Source of the DNA: Paragordius varius | Taxonomy: Eukaryota; Animalia; Nematomorpha | Direction: 5' to 3' | DNA length: 64,000 nt | NCBI GenBank assembly: GCA_964247055.1 | Contig: OZ176054.1 | Span: 13,330,001 to 13,394,000 of the forward strand | Part shown: one piece after another, positions 51,118 to 64,000 of the stretch | How positions within the stretch are numbered: position 1 is the stretch's first letter | How the letters are laid out: each line of letters begins with the position of its first letter | Notes under the pieces: model-generated | What the model saw: the letters and a program-made list of their open reading frames with translations, nothing else | Database searches by the model: none | Told to the model about the DNA's origin: nothing | Position numbers and translations under genes: made by a program

Positions 51118-54100
51118 AAAAATCAATCAAAACGTGTGGGTTTCTTAAAATTCATTAGTCGTTAACATATACGCATATTCCGTATTATAATAATGAATGA
51201 AAAGTATTTTAAACTGAATACAAAATATTAAATGATATGTGCAACCCCTTAATAGTAGCAAACACCTTAACTTGTTAAAATATTAATCATACTAAAATTA
51301 TTTGATTTTTCAGTTTAGTTATATTATTTATTACAAAGGGGAGTTTTAGAGTATTAAAAAAATAATTATCCCATAAATTATTAAAAAAATTTTAGAGTAA
51401 AAACTGAAATTATACAGACACAAAGTAAAAATATAAAGACAAATATTTTTTTTAAAAGACAACCATACCTCCTTATAAGCTAGTTAGTTGCAATTGTAAA
51501 ATATAGAAATGATTGTGTTAGTATTATATTCTCTCTCTATTTCACACTTTGTCACTTAAAACAATGAGTTATATTGTAATTTAATCTAGATTTAAAAAGT
51601 ATGGGGTTGTCTTTTTTACATTTTGTCCGTATAATTATATCCAAAATTAATTGCAAAGCTTTACTGTTTTTGTTGTATTAGATCAGCATCAACAGGATTA
51701 ATAATGTCAAAAGACCATTGAGAAGGCAATAATTGTTCCATCCAAACTTTAAGTCTTTGAAGAGCGAAATAACCCTGGTGGGATTGTAGCAAAATATCAT
51801 TTTTAGAGTTATTAAAAGTATTTTCATCAACATTTGAAGTTATAATATCAAGGTTAGGTAGGGATGGTATCATAATACAATGTATATCAAGAGGTGAATT
51901 ATTATTAATGCTTAATAACTCTAAATACTGTTTCTCAAACATTTCACAATGGAATTCATCATTGTTAAATGATGGCGGATTACTTGAGTTTGTAGATTCT
52001 TTTAATACTGTGCTCTAAAATAGTGTTTAAAACATATATATCATAAGATAATGGAAAAAAAATTGCTTATATATATGCCATTTACACTTCAAATTTACCG
52101 TTGAACAATTCAAATTCACTCTAAAATAAATTTTGTGTTTTTTTAAGATTATATATAACCTATATTTTATCATATTAAAAAATGAAATTTTGTTTGCAAT
52201 TAAAATAATATTGAAAAATAAACTATGCGCCATAAAGATATATTTCATATTTATAATGAGTTATATTAGCCCGAAAACACATAATATATTTTAAGGGTGA
52301 ATTTATATTGTTTAAAGGTGAATTTAAATTTTAAATGGTATATATATGGACATAAAAATTATAATATTATATATATACACAAAACCCAATAAGTATAAAT
52401 CTAATATCTTTTTACTAAAAAACCCATTTTAAATGCTTAAATTGTATGATTACATTTGTAAGATTTATTAGATATCGAATATCGCTTTAGCAACTCAAAG
52501 AGATAAGTTATATGAAAAACAGATATGCCTTTAGAAATTTTCAATGTTATAAATATAAATTAATCATATTTTAAATTTTTCACTTCGCAATCAATATATT
52601 CGACAAAAACATATTATAACCATTATCATATAGGTAAAAATCGTGTTTTATTTTACAAAAACTTAGGGTTATGTTTTAACATTATGCAATTTTTTTTCAA
52701 TATTTTCATGGCGTATTTAATTAAACGAAAGAAAGAGGTTAATTTCAATCTTAAATAATAAAATTTGCTAAAAAACGAAAAATATCAATATAAAAATATT
52801 TTACAGGTGTTATTTTAGTGGATTGTTGAATAGTTTGCAACAATTGTGTTGTAATGTATTCATTTAATGGATTATCAACCTTCACTTCTTGAGATGAGTT
52901 GTGCATTGTCAACATATTTAAAATTAACCATGGAATCTATTTTACATGAAAATAAAAATATAAGAAAACATATTACAGTAAATATTAAAATAATTATACG
53001 GACAAAACGAGCAAAAGATAAATATTTTTGATAACAACCAACTATACTTTTTAAATCTGGTAAAGTGTGATTCCATTCAATATTTTATAATTGTATATAT
53101 AGGAAAAATTAAGGTTTGAAATAAAAATTGGCAAGAAATCGAAAAAAATCTAAATTTTTCTCCAAAATAAATTATTATTTTTACAACTCTAACCAGGGTT
53201 AAAAATTTTGCATTCAAAAAACAACATTTATAAAAATTAATTTGTAAAAAATTATATGTTCTTAAGAATATTAAACTACCTTGACTGCAAGCGAATTCAA
53301 TATTTCAACATACAACCCCAAATACGAGATGGGTAAATAATGGGTGAATATATTATGTAACCATTTGCAAAGAACTAAATTCCAATCGAAATCACAGTAA
53401 ATTTCACGAAACGTTTCGCCATATTTTTCAAGGATAAGCAAATCTTTATTATTAGCTTTCCTCTATAAAAGTCAAAATTTTAAATAAAAAAATCCATTTT
53501 TTTGTAAAAAAACAAAACCATATTTATGCTATAATTTTTTGAAAAAATTCCATCTTTTTACGGGTTGCTAAATACGGAAGAGGTATGTTATTGATAACAA
53601 TGAATTTTATAATGAACACATTTATTTATAGAAAATACGAGAACAATTATTAAAAAAAAATTAATGTATCATTAAAAACCACTTAAGTCATCTATATTAG
53701 ACATGTAAACGACTAAATGTGTGTTATACTCAAAAAAAGATTAAAAGATAGGAGTAATATTTTAAAAAAATAGCAAGATTTAGTTATCATCCTCTTTTAT
53801 GTTTTTAACCCCTAATCTCTAATATTTATTGCATATAATTTTATAATTTTACAATAACAAATGGTGGTAAAACTTTAATCGAGGTTTCATCATAAAAGTT
53901 TGACAAAGCATTCCAACTCCTTTCAAAAATGCTAATTTCCGGCTGACTCCATGTATATTTAGGCAAATTAGTTTGCCAATCTTCAGTTCGCATTTCAAGA
54001 TTTTGAATAAGTCCCATTTCTGCGGCCATAACAAGCTTATCTTGCATATCAAATCGTTTGGGGATCTTATAATCAGTCTCATTGCAATCTTCGCACAAAT

Positions 54101-54339
54101 CATCTGATGATTCGACATCAATAATTTCATCCAAGCTACTAATAATTCATAAAAAGAATTTACTTTGAAATATTTGATTGATTTTGTGTAAACAAATAAG
54201 TAGTTGGCCAAGCAAATTTAGTTTTTGCCGTTAAAACTTGATAAGGTGATGCATAGGAATGATCGTGTTCTAATGATGGTTTATCCGTTTGTAACTTTTT
54301 CAAAATTTTAAGAATAAATTTTTCATCGTAAAAGCCCAT
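48748..54339 (-). CDS. KANSL3: KANSL3-like, copy C; apparently the most complete copy
   Basis: All eight exons are recognisable (ATG 54339; ORF pieces 53841, ~53283-53465, ~52805-52935, 51661, 50522, 49723, 48748). The last exon is open to ..LLANPSNPSK*. Confidence 0.85.
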
Positions 54340-54406
54340 TATGAAACCGAAGTGTTGAGAGTTTCAAATATCTGTGCAAAAAAGTTGATACGGTGGTGTA
54401 TAAAAA

Positions 54407-57400
54407 ATGAAAAATATTTCTTTTAAACATTATTACGCTTATTATGTTCAAGATGATTGTATCAATGTTATTGATCTCTCAAACAATGTATCAGGTATTA
54501 ATTTGTATTTGATTTTAGGGACCTTAAAATGTCGTTATCCAATGGATTTCATAAATTTGGACAATAATATTTTAACAGTATAATAAAAATAATATTTTTA
54601 GGTTTTTGTCAACAAGTTCCTAAATTTATATGTTTATCAGTTACAGACTGATGACTATTCTGTGATATTTGAAGGAATATATAAAACATCTTTCAAACAC
54701 GTCATTAAAGATTTTCAAACTACATATCCTAATGTTTGCGTTTTGTCAAAACTGAAAAATATTATTATTACTTTTAACGATAAATATATTACCATTAACT
54801 TTGCTCAACCGAAAAAATATGTTACGAAAGAAGATATCCGCATTTTTCCTTCACAAATCATTGCTCTCAAAATTCTGAAAGATTCTCATTTCATTGGAAT
54901 TTGTACAGAAATAGATGAGCAGCTTAAAATATTTGAGTCTCAATTTGACATGAATACCAAAGAACTTGTTAATTTCAACGAATTACAAACTTTACCATAT
55001 ACATTTGAAGCAAATGATAACAATACTTTTGATATGTTTTTATCTGCGGAAAACGCTTTTTTAGCCATATTAAAGGGTCAGAAACAGACAAATTCATATT
55101 TGCTATTATATGAAATTTTGGATGATAGGAAACTTTGCAAAGTAACGTTAAAATAATTAACATACTAGATGACAATAAATGAAGAAAGCGATTTCGATTG
55201 TCAAATTATGTCTTTTAAATGGCACGAAAAAATTGCCCAATTTGGCTGCATTTCACGTTTTAACGAAACGCAAAGAGTCGTTGAATGCATAGTTTTTGAT
55301 GTGGTAAAACACCAAACGATTTTTTCAACTGACTTAAACCATCAGGTTAGTTAAGTTAATTATTTGACATTTTATTGTGCAGACGACTAGTTTATTATTT
55401 AAAACTAAACTAGGGGTCTCCTAATGAGTCTTTTAAAGTTTATAATTTAAAAAAATCCTGAATATTTTAATTCTTGATTTGGATTCCAAAATTTTTAATT
55501 TGTGCAGAATAAATATATAGTGGGTCGGTGTTGGACATCCCTGCACCACTATTAATATTGATAGTTTATGCTATAATTATATCCTCTTTGGTGTTATAGT
55601 CATGTATCCATTATTCTATCAAAAATTTATTTTTTTTGTTAAATGGGAAATATTTGGTAAAGAATGGAAAAAACAAGAGCTCTATGGTATTAACAATATT
55701 ATATTCATCAAAAAATATAAGAATCCATAGAGCTCTTGTTTTTTCCATTCTTTACCAAATATTTCCCATTTAACAAAAAAAATAAATTTTTGATAAAATA
55801 AAGGATACATGACTGTAATATTTCTTTTGCAGTAAATTGAACAAAATTATGCGAATTTAGGATTCAAAACAAATTATAATAAAATTATTTTGTATAGATA
55901 TAATCTTTCCGATGTTTGATCAATATTATGCGGCGTTCACCATAAGTTTCTCTGTCTAAATACAAGGTTTATAGAATGAGTCTCACATTTTTTTTACTGG
56001 CTGAGCAAAACAGCTATATTATTTTGCAAAATTTTAATAAAATCTAATTATGCAATATTTTATATCTTCAATTTTTTAGGTTGATATTATTGTACTTTTT
56101 CGATCAAAAACCATATATTTTCTGACAACCAAAAGCTGCGATCAACCCATTGTAATGATAAAAATACCCAAAAAATTAATTGAAGACTATAAATTCGTTT
56201 CAAATGCATCATCACACAAAAATGTGGAGAGTGAATTGTTAGTTTTGCAACCAGAAAACTCATCTAAAATAATGAATGATAAAACAGCAGAAATGTTTGA
56301 ATCGAAAATGGTTCAATCTGACCCTCATGAGATTAGAGGAAATATTGAAAAATTACTACATAAGTGGAATTACATTGGGGCATACAATACCTTGTGTACA
56401 TTATTACAAAGAAAACCTGAATTTATTAGGTATTAAAGTTAATTTTATTTTAATCTTTTTTTGTTTAGGTTTCAAATTGATTTTAAGATTTTATATATGG
56501 ACCGGAGCTCTTTTTACCTCAAAAAAGTGTCCTAATATATTTTGGAAAAACAAAGAAATATATACAAAATTATTCTGATAAATAAGAATGATAACGTTTT
56601 TTTATAGGTAAAATAGAATTAATTGACCCTTGTAAAGAATTATATTTAATTAATATTAGTATACTATTTTTTACACTAAAAAATGTAAAAATATGCTTAT
56701 ATCTATCCTTTTTTAAAAAAACCATATGAAAAATGAGGGTTAAATTAAACAATAAGGGTTTAAAATTTGGATTTTTCTTAAAAAACCATACTTTTTATGT
56801 GCTTCTATACAAACCATTTTAATCAATTTTTACTGTTGAAATGTGTAGAGATCTCTGTTTCAAATTTCTTACTTCAATTCTCACCATGTCAAATTCACAA
56901 AGAAATAACACAAACAATATCAATGAAGAATTTAACATTGATATTAGTATTAAGGAAAAAACTAAAGAAACCAATTTGAAGAAAACTGAAATAGATGACA
57001 TGTTAAATAAAGTGTGTAGCATGTATATTAATACAGTGTTACCCCCTCATTATTTTATCCCAAAGAGTGAAATCATTCCAAATAAGAATGAACATCCCAC
57101 CCTAAAAACGCTAATACAAGAAATGGCTCAATATATTTCACAATGTTGCTTTATTTCTAACTCTTTTCAAACTAATTTCGATACGCTTTGTTCTTGGTAT
57201 TTTGTAGGTTTTTTTGATTATTCAATAAATCGAGAAAATGCCAGTGAACGATTTCTTTGGATTCTCCAGTTAAATGGGAATGAAAATTATTCTTCTTATC
57301 AAAAACATTACCAAAACAAATCTTTGAAACATGTTAATTCCGGTCATCCTATAAAATATTCAACTATCCGGGTTTGTTTCACACTTTGGCTCGAATGTTA

Positions 57401-60400
57401 CCAACAACTTAATGAACGTGATGAATTGACAAACAGTAAGCTTATTGAATATACAGTAAAAACTGAAATTATACGGAAGGATAAAACGTAAAAATATAAA
57501 GACAATTGTTTTTTTTTTCTAAAAGACAACCATACTTTTAAACTTCATTTTTACAAAAGATAACTCATTGTTTAAGTTGCAAAGTATAAAATTGATATGT
57601 AAATTGGTAGCGCAATTAATTTAGTTTAGGTTTGAAAAAGTATGGTTGTCTTTTGTTGAAATATTTGTCCCTATATTTTTACGTTTTGTCCATATAATTT
57701 CAGTTATTACTGTATGTATATAACCCTAGCAATAAGATGCTAAATTAGCCTCAGCACACAATTTATTTTTAGGGTAAATTTGAACTATTTAAGGTGAATT
57801 TGAAAGTAGTTCATTGTTTAAGGGGTGAATTCGAAATGTTTAAGGATATGGGGGAATTTAAAATGTTTCAATGTAAATTTGAGGATATGGTAAAATATAT
57901 TTTTTTGCAAATTCATGCTTGCAGTTATAACCAAATGTATCAATCCTTTACAATCCCTTATTCATAACCACTATCAACTTTCAATTCATCAAACAACATT
58001 GAAATTCGAAGAAATACAAAAACAGTTTAATGTGACAAATATTGCGACACACTTTGTTTTACAATTCATTCGCGGACTTTTGATTCAAAGGATGTATGCC
58101 AATGCTGGCCGTCTTATATGGACCTTAAAAGATTTTTACGTTAAATCATCAGGTTTTACATATTACACAGAATTATATTTTCAAAAAAAATTTTTCTAGA
58201 AAATTGTAGAAATAAAAAGCAAAATTATTTCAGGCAAATTAGACTTAACGTAAGATTAAAAGACAAATTTTATTTACCTTGATATTTTGTGTAATTGAGT
58301 GTTACCAATTCCCACATCTTTATAATAATAATTTTGCAATCCGAATTGATGGGTAAAAAAAGAAATATAGCCAAATAAGCAATAGGTTTAAATTGTTAAT
58401 CCACTCAATTATATAACATAAAATTGCAATATGATAGGTTATATCGTAAGGCTTGTAAAGGCAACTATGTTCTTTTAAAATAAATATTTGTCTTTTGGTT
58501 TTTACATTTTGCCTTTAAATTTTTATTAATTTGAAAGAAATAAACACAATACTCATTTTTTCCAGTAACACTAAATGGTGAGGAAAGAAGTGAGAATAAT
58601 AATAATAATGTATCACAAACTTCATTGGTGCAAACATTACAATTTTTTAGCCTTTTTTACTTTGCTTACGATAAAATTCAACATTTCCTGGTAAGTAAAT
58701 GTATGTATGTTTTATGCATGTATATATTTAAATTGTAAAGTCTCTGTGGTGTTGTTTCGTATCATCATGGAACATGTTTACATGTCTCTGTGGTGTTTTT
58801 TCGTATCATCATGAAACATGCTTACATGTCTCTGTGGTGTTGTCTTGCATCATCATTGAACATACATACATGTCTCTGTGGTATTGTTTCGTATCATCAT
58901 TGAACATACATACAGCTCTGTGGTGTCGTATCATTATTGAATATGCTTACATGTCTCTGTGGTGTTGTCTCGTATCATCATTAAACATACATACATGTCT
59001 CTGTGGTGTCGTATCATTATTGAATATGCTTACATGTCTCTGTGGTGTCGTCTCGTATCATCATTAAACATGCATACATGTCTCTGTGGTATTGTTTCGT
59101 ATCATCATTGAACATACATACAGCTCTGTGGTGTCGTATCATTATTGAATATGCTTACATGTCTCTGTGGTGTTGTCTCGTATCATCATTAAACATACAT
59201 ACATGTCTCTGTGGTGTCGTATCAATTTTGAATATGCTTACATGTCTCTGTGGTGTCGTCTCGTATCATCATTAAACATGCATTCATGTCTCTGTGGTGT
59301 TGTTTTGCATCATCATTGAACATACATACATGTCTCTGTGGTTTTGTCTCGTCTCATCATTAAACATACATACATGTCTCTATGGTGTTGTTTTGTATCA
59401 TCATGGAACATGCTTAGATGTCTCTGTGGTGTTGTCTTGCATCATCATTGAACATACATACATGTCTCTGTGGTTTTGTCTCGTCTCATCATTAAACATA
59501 CATACATGTCTCTATGGTGTTGTTTTGTATCATCATGGAACATGCTTAGATGTCTCTGTGGTGTTGTCTTGCATCATCATTGAACATACATACATGTCTC
59601 TGTGGTTTTGTCTCGTCTCATCCTTAAACATACATACATGTCTCTGTGGTTTTGTCTCGTCTCATCATTAAACATACATACATGTCTTTGTGGTTTTGTC
59701 TCGTATCATCATTGATACATACATAGCTGTAATGCATAATTTATACCGTTTACGATTCAAATTCACCTCAAAATAAATTATGTATTTAGCAGCTAATGTA
59801 ACTCATTTTAATAAGAAACGTATTTTTATGGCATAGTTTATTATTTTTTCAGTATTGTGTTAGTTTTAAACGAAATTTCATTTTTTAAAAATATGTAAAA
59901 ATATAGGTAATTTTAATCTTAAAAAGCACATAATTTATTTTTTAGGGTGAATTCGAACTGTAAATGGTATATCTTAATTATTGATTGATAAGTCGTTTTA
60001 CTTGTTAATTAGAGAAAGGTAAAAATAATTATTTAATGTGCTACATTAATGTTAAATTATATAGACAATAAAATGTTTAACTTTTACCGCATGTTGTTTT
60101 TTACCAAACACTATTGTATTGTACAAATATGTATAATTTAAACATGAAACTACAAGAAAATATCAGATTTGCTGACATATATCTAATTTTTTTCCCTATT
60201 AGTATTTTAAAAGATCTATATCACCAATAATATAGCTGTTTACAACTGTATTTATATATAAAATCGCAATTGTAGAAAAATATTTTTTTTCATTTTGCAC
60301 ACAGAATACGGCATTTAGCGATATTGGCTTAGATGAGGTTCGAATGACCGTCAGATATTTATCTCTGATGGCTTTTAAAATCATTCTCTCAAACAAAGAT

Positions 60401-62491
60401 ATGGGCAGTGCAAAAAAAATAGATAAATACGCCTTTAAAACACCATTTCAATCACCTGATAATAATAATATGTTGTTGTGGGAAAAAATCCTTGTGTTTA
60501 TAACATTACAAGAAAATAAGAATGAAATGATGATTGAAATTATATCGAACATTTTCTGTTTGCTTTTACGATTACATAATCATCAAACGAATGATTGTGG
60601 TCTCATAACCCCAAGGATTGGACATTTGCTGGAAAAATATAGTCCTCACATATTGAAACATTATTCAAAATCACCTCAAGGCGAAACAACAAGTATCGAA
60701 AGAGAAAATCTTTTTAAGTAAGACTCTATATATTATGTTCTAAATTGTCCGTTTTAGGTTGATTATTATAAAACTTTTTTATAAAATATAAAAAGTTGCA
60801 CACTTTGTAAAAATGTCTTTTCCACATGTATATTATATATCGTTAAAATGCCCACTAAAGGATATTACTTAAATTTCAATAATGTTTTTTAGCGTGTACT
60901 TATAATACTTTTCCGATTTTTTAGCAAAAATCCAAATTTTTAAGTTTGTATGAGGGTGAGGGAAATCTACTGTACTAATAAATTTTTATATATACGTTTG
61001 CATACAGAATACCTAATCCATTGTTTGAGAGTGTAACTCTGCAAGAATGTCAAAATATATTGAAAGAAAAACCACTTTCCTCCGACATTTTCTGTTACAA
61101 TTGTCAAATGGTGACAGATTTTCAAATTGATTCCAACGCAAAAATTTACGGAAACCAGGCAACATTGCCTAATACAGCCCTAAATCCCACGATACTATGT
61201 GAGGAGTGTTTGAAGCCTTTTGTATTTTCCATGGTATCTTTTGGTATATTTTTTATAATATAATAATAATATTGAATAAATAAATTATATGTAATGTCGA
61301 TTTTTGTAAGAAGTTGCCATTAATATCATATAACTCTACTTATATAGAAATATAGGTAAATTGATATGGTTTATTTTATAAGTAGTCTTATTTCAAATTG
61401 GGCTTTTTTAAAAAAGATTTTTACCTTATCACCTTTTTTAATCAAATTGAAATGTTATACATACAATAAAAATTGGAATTATACGGAAAAATGTAAAAAT
61501 ATAAAGACAAATATTTTTTCTAAAAGACAACCATCCATACTTTTTATTTTTTAAAATATAACTTTAGGTTTCGAATTCCAATTTTTAAAATTGATATGTG
61601 TATTGGTGATATGATCAATTCTATATATAACAATTGTATTAAGGTTTGAAAAAAGTATGGTTGTCTTTATATTTTTATATTTGTCCGTTCCGTATAATTT
61701 CAGTTTTCACTGTTTTACCATATACTCATATTGCAGAGATATTACCTTTGAGTTTAGCAGACGAATGCCACACTACTTCAAAATCAAAAATATTTGATTT
61801 CAATTATTTTGAAATGGGAAATAATATGACACATTATGTTAATGTCCTGCCTGATATAATGTTGGCTCAATGTAAAAATTGCAAACAGGTAGACTTAAAG
61901 TTTTATTAAAATTTTATTTTCGTTTAAAAACTCTAACGATTTTATATAGCAACAGTTTTAAAAATGTCTCCACATCTTTACAGTAAAAATTGAAATTTTA
62001 CCGACAAAACTTAAAATTATAAAGATAAATATTTTTTTCAAATAGACAACCATATTTTTTAAATCTATATTTTTTTTATTCATTTTTTGAATTTCAAAGT
62101 ATAAAATGGCGATGTGCATTAGTCTAATCAATCTGTGTATAATTGTAAAAAATGATTTATATAGGATTAATTAAGGTTTAAAAAAGTATGGTTTTTTTTT
62201 CAAAATAAATGTCTCTATATTATTACGTTTTGTCCGTATATAATTTTAATTTTTTCTGTAAGACACAATGGTTATTGTATATTTTTGTTTTCAATAAAAA
62301 TATTGCATTGGGATTGAAATTTGAATGAAAAATATTACTATATGTTTGTAGAATATATAAAGTTCTAATTTTTTATATTAAATCTTTATCTATGAATATT
62401 GTAGATGTTTTATGCCGAAGAATGGGAATTTTATTTAATTCAACACAAACAATGTCCGTTTTGTAAAATGTTGCATGAAAAAATCCAATAA
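54407..62491 (+). CDS. IFT122: IFT122-like, copy C
   Basis: Same exon series (54662, 55169, 56155, 56841, 57915, 60344, 61021, 61646); final exon MFYAEEW..LHEKIQ* ends at 62491. Confidence 0.72.
55597..55815. mobile_element. MITE family 5, 219-bp near-perfect foldback, unique to copy C
   Basis: TA|TAGTCATGTATCC ... GGATACATGACTG|TA with ~90-bp arms. The termini resemble those of the Tc1-like element (CAGTCATGT). Confidence 0.9.
57454..57712. mobile_element. MITE family 1, 259 bp, unique to copy C intron
   Basis: TA|CAGTAAAAACTGAAATTATACGGA ... CAGTTATTACTG|TA. Confidence 0.85.
58740..59723. repeat. Intronic ~38-44-bp minisatellite, ~23 units
   Basis: Expanded form of the array seen at 10383, 34566 and 40547, with repeated blocks of variant units. 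Confidence 0.95.
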
Positions 62492-62573
62492 ATTTATTAT
62501 GTCCATTCAGAATTGAAATATGACACATAGTATTTGACTAAATACAAATTTTGGCAATTAAAGCAGATATATA

Positions 62574-63304
62574 CAGTATGAGTACGTATACATTGCTAGA
62601 AAGTTATTAATTGCCAAATATACCATTTGCATTCAAGAGTGTCCTTGAACGCTTCAAGTTGGTCCTTTGACTTTTTTGTTATATTTTTAATTTTTATCAA
62701 TCAAATCGTAAGTAATTCATATATTTTATTGTTTTTAACCAATTTTCTATTATTTAACATAAATATTAAATCGATATCAACTTTTAATCTTTGAGAACCG
62801 TATATCTTTATTAATTTCTTTATATAATTTTGAATATTTATAAGATTTTGACAGGAAATGAAAAAATATATATCTGGGTTATTAATTAAAATTTTTAATT
62901 AAAAACATTTAAAAGTCAATAAATTTGTTTAATTGAAAAAAAAAATAGTTTGATACAAAAAAGTGGTTTTTCAATCAAAATTTTTATTTTTAACTGAATA
63001 AATAAATAAAGAAAGAAAATTGGGTTAATAAATAATAAAATAAAATAATAAATGCAAAAATTATGGTTAAAAAATTTAAAAATTTTAAGGACCAACTTGA
63101 AGTGATCAAGGACTCAAGGACCAACTTGAACTGTTCAAGGACACTCTTGAATTGCAAATGGTATAGTAATACAACAAAGGAGAGAGTATTATTGATTTAT
63201 AGTTATTTATATCACTTATTGTTAGCCAATAATACTGCCCTTTGTTGTATTTACTATTTGGCGATAATTAATAACTTTCTAGTAATGTATACGTACTCCT
63301 ACTG
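62574..63304. mobile_element. MITE family 4 with nested MITE family 2 (62621-63163)
   Basis: Same nested structure as 43557-44782, but with only ~2-3 21-bp units. Confidence 0.85.
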
Positions 63305-63744
63305 TATATAATTGACTAAATGGAAGCGATTTATAAATGCAACTAAATATAAAATAATAATACTATAAGTATGCAAAATAAATGTGTTGTTTTTATAAAA
63401 ACAATATGAAACATAAAAATGTCTTAATTTTATGTATTTATCCTTAATTCACTTTCTGTATGAAAGCAAATGAAATTGGTGGTATTTCCCTATTTCGTAA
63501 CCTAAATTGATACTTAAAAAAGTTTGTTTCTTATTTTCCGCAACTTAAAACGATTGATAAAAGTGCGGTTAGATAATATAGCCTTTAAAATATCAGCCAT
63601 TTACTTTTAAAGTATTAATTATTTTAAATATAATATTTTAAATTAAAAACGATAGTTACAAATATTTAGTGAAAAATATAGCTTTTTTTACATAAATATC
63701 AGTATAAGGTCATTCATAAATTTCTTTATTGTACAACAAATAAA

Positions 63745-64000
63745 TTATGACGAAGATGATTCACTGCTTGAATCCGAAGAACTTGAAGTACTCTTACTTG
63801 TACTCGAACTACTTGTTGTGCTACTTGAAGAACTCTTCGATGATGGGACTTTGCCTTTAGCTTTTTTATTGCTCTTTAAAGTGTTGCTTTTTTCACTCGA
63901 AGTTGTTGAATTCACTGAAGAAGTTGAAGATTTTTTCTTAACAATGTTTTCTTTCTTTTCTTGAGGTTGTTTTTTGCCATTCTTTTGAGCCAATGGTGGG
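63745..64000 (-). CDS. Lys/Ser-rich gene, copy C; 3' end only, 5' part beyond the window
   Basis: AQKNGKKQPQEKKENIVKKKSS..SESSSS* matches copies A and B. Confidence 0.7.
   Translation of the reverse strand, partial: PPLAQKNGKKQPQEKKENIVKKKSSTSSVNSTTSSEKSNTLKSNKKAKGKVPSSKSSSSSTTSSSSTSKSTSSSSDSSSESSSS

Larger units (their letters stand above)
1..64000. repeat. Tandem segmental repeat, ~24-kb unit, about 2.7 copies plus an internal ~6-kb partial duplicate
   Basis: The same ORF fragments recur in the same order and orientation: 6573/30630/54662, 1460/27540/51661, 11195/(35237)/60344, 13644/37869/63745. Offsets are about 24.0-26.1 kb. Confidence 0.97.

Noticed and set aside
58774-59671. ORFs 58774, 59042, 59294 (also 34440, 40685, 40816) as proteins
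   Set aside because: They are translations of the minisatellite in an intron; frames and lengths are not conserved between copies.
58740-59723. CRISPR-like appearance of the ~40-44-bp repeats
   Set aside because: The units are head-to-tail with no unique spacers, lie in a eukaryotic intron, and no cas genes are present.
1-64000. Ciliate-type alternative genetic code to explain tiny introns
   Set aside because: Long exons contain no in-frame TAA/TAG and genes end at TAA, consistent with the standard code.

Overview
Very AT-rich eukaryotic (probably animal) genomic DNA with the standard genetic code and extremely short spliceosomal introns (22-35 nt) mixed with longer MITE-filled introns. The window is a tandem array of about 2.7 copies of a ~24-kb cassette. 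Each cassette carries a KANSL3/NSL3-like gene (minus strand) head-to-head, only ~70 bp apart, with a highly divergent IFT122-like gene (plus strand) that appears to begin at the second beta-propeller. These are followed by a convergent Lys/Ser-rich disordered-protein gene (minus strand) and an unresolved conserved segment. Copy A runs <1 to ~24.5 kb, copy B ~24.5-40.4 kb, a partial pseudogenic duplicate B' ~40.45-48.7 kb, and copy C from ~48.7 kb to beyond the window end. Copies are visibly diverged but share patchy, near-identical tracts (mosaicism). Copy-specific insertions include: an IS630-Tc1-mariner element with ~185-bp TIRs whose transposase is split by four 22-26-nt introns and has DD30E spacing; a Ty3/gypsy LTR element with apparently identical LTRs and a single ORF lacking RT thumb/RNase H; several TA-targeting MITE families, often nested; and two variable tandem arrays (21 bp and ~40-44 bp). 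Gene identifications rest on remembered similarity to human KANSL3 and IFT122, not on a database search. No rRNA, tRNA or CRISPR was seen.
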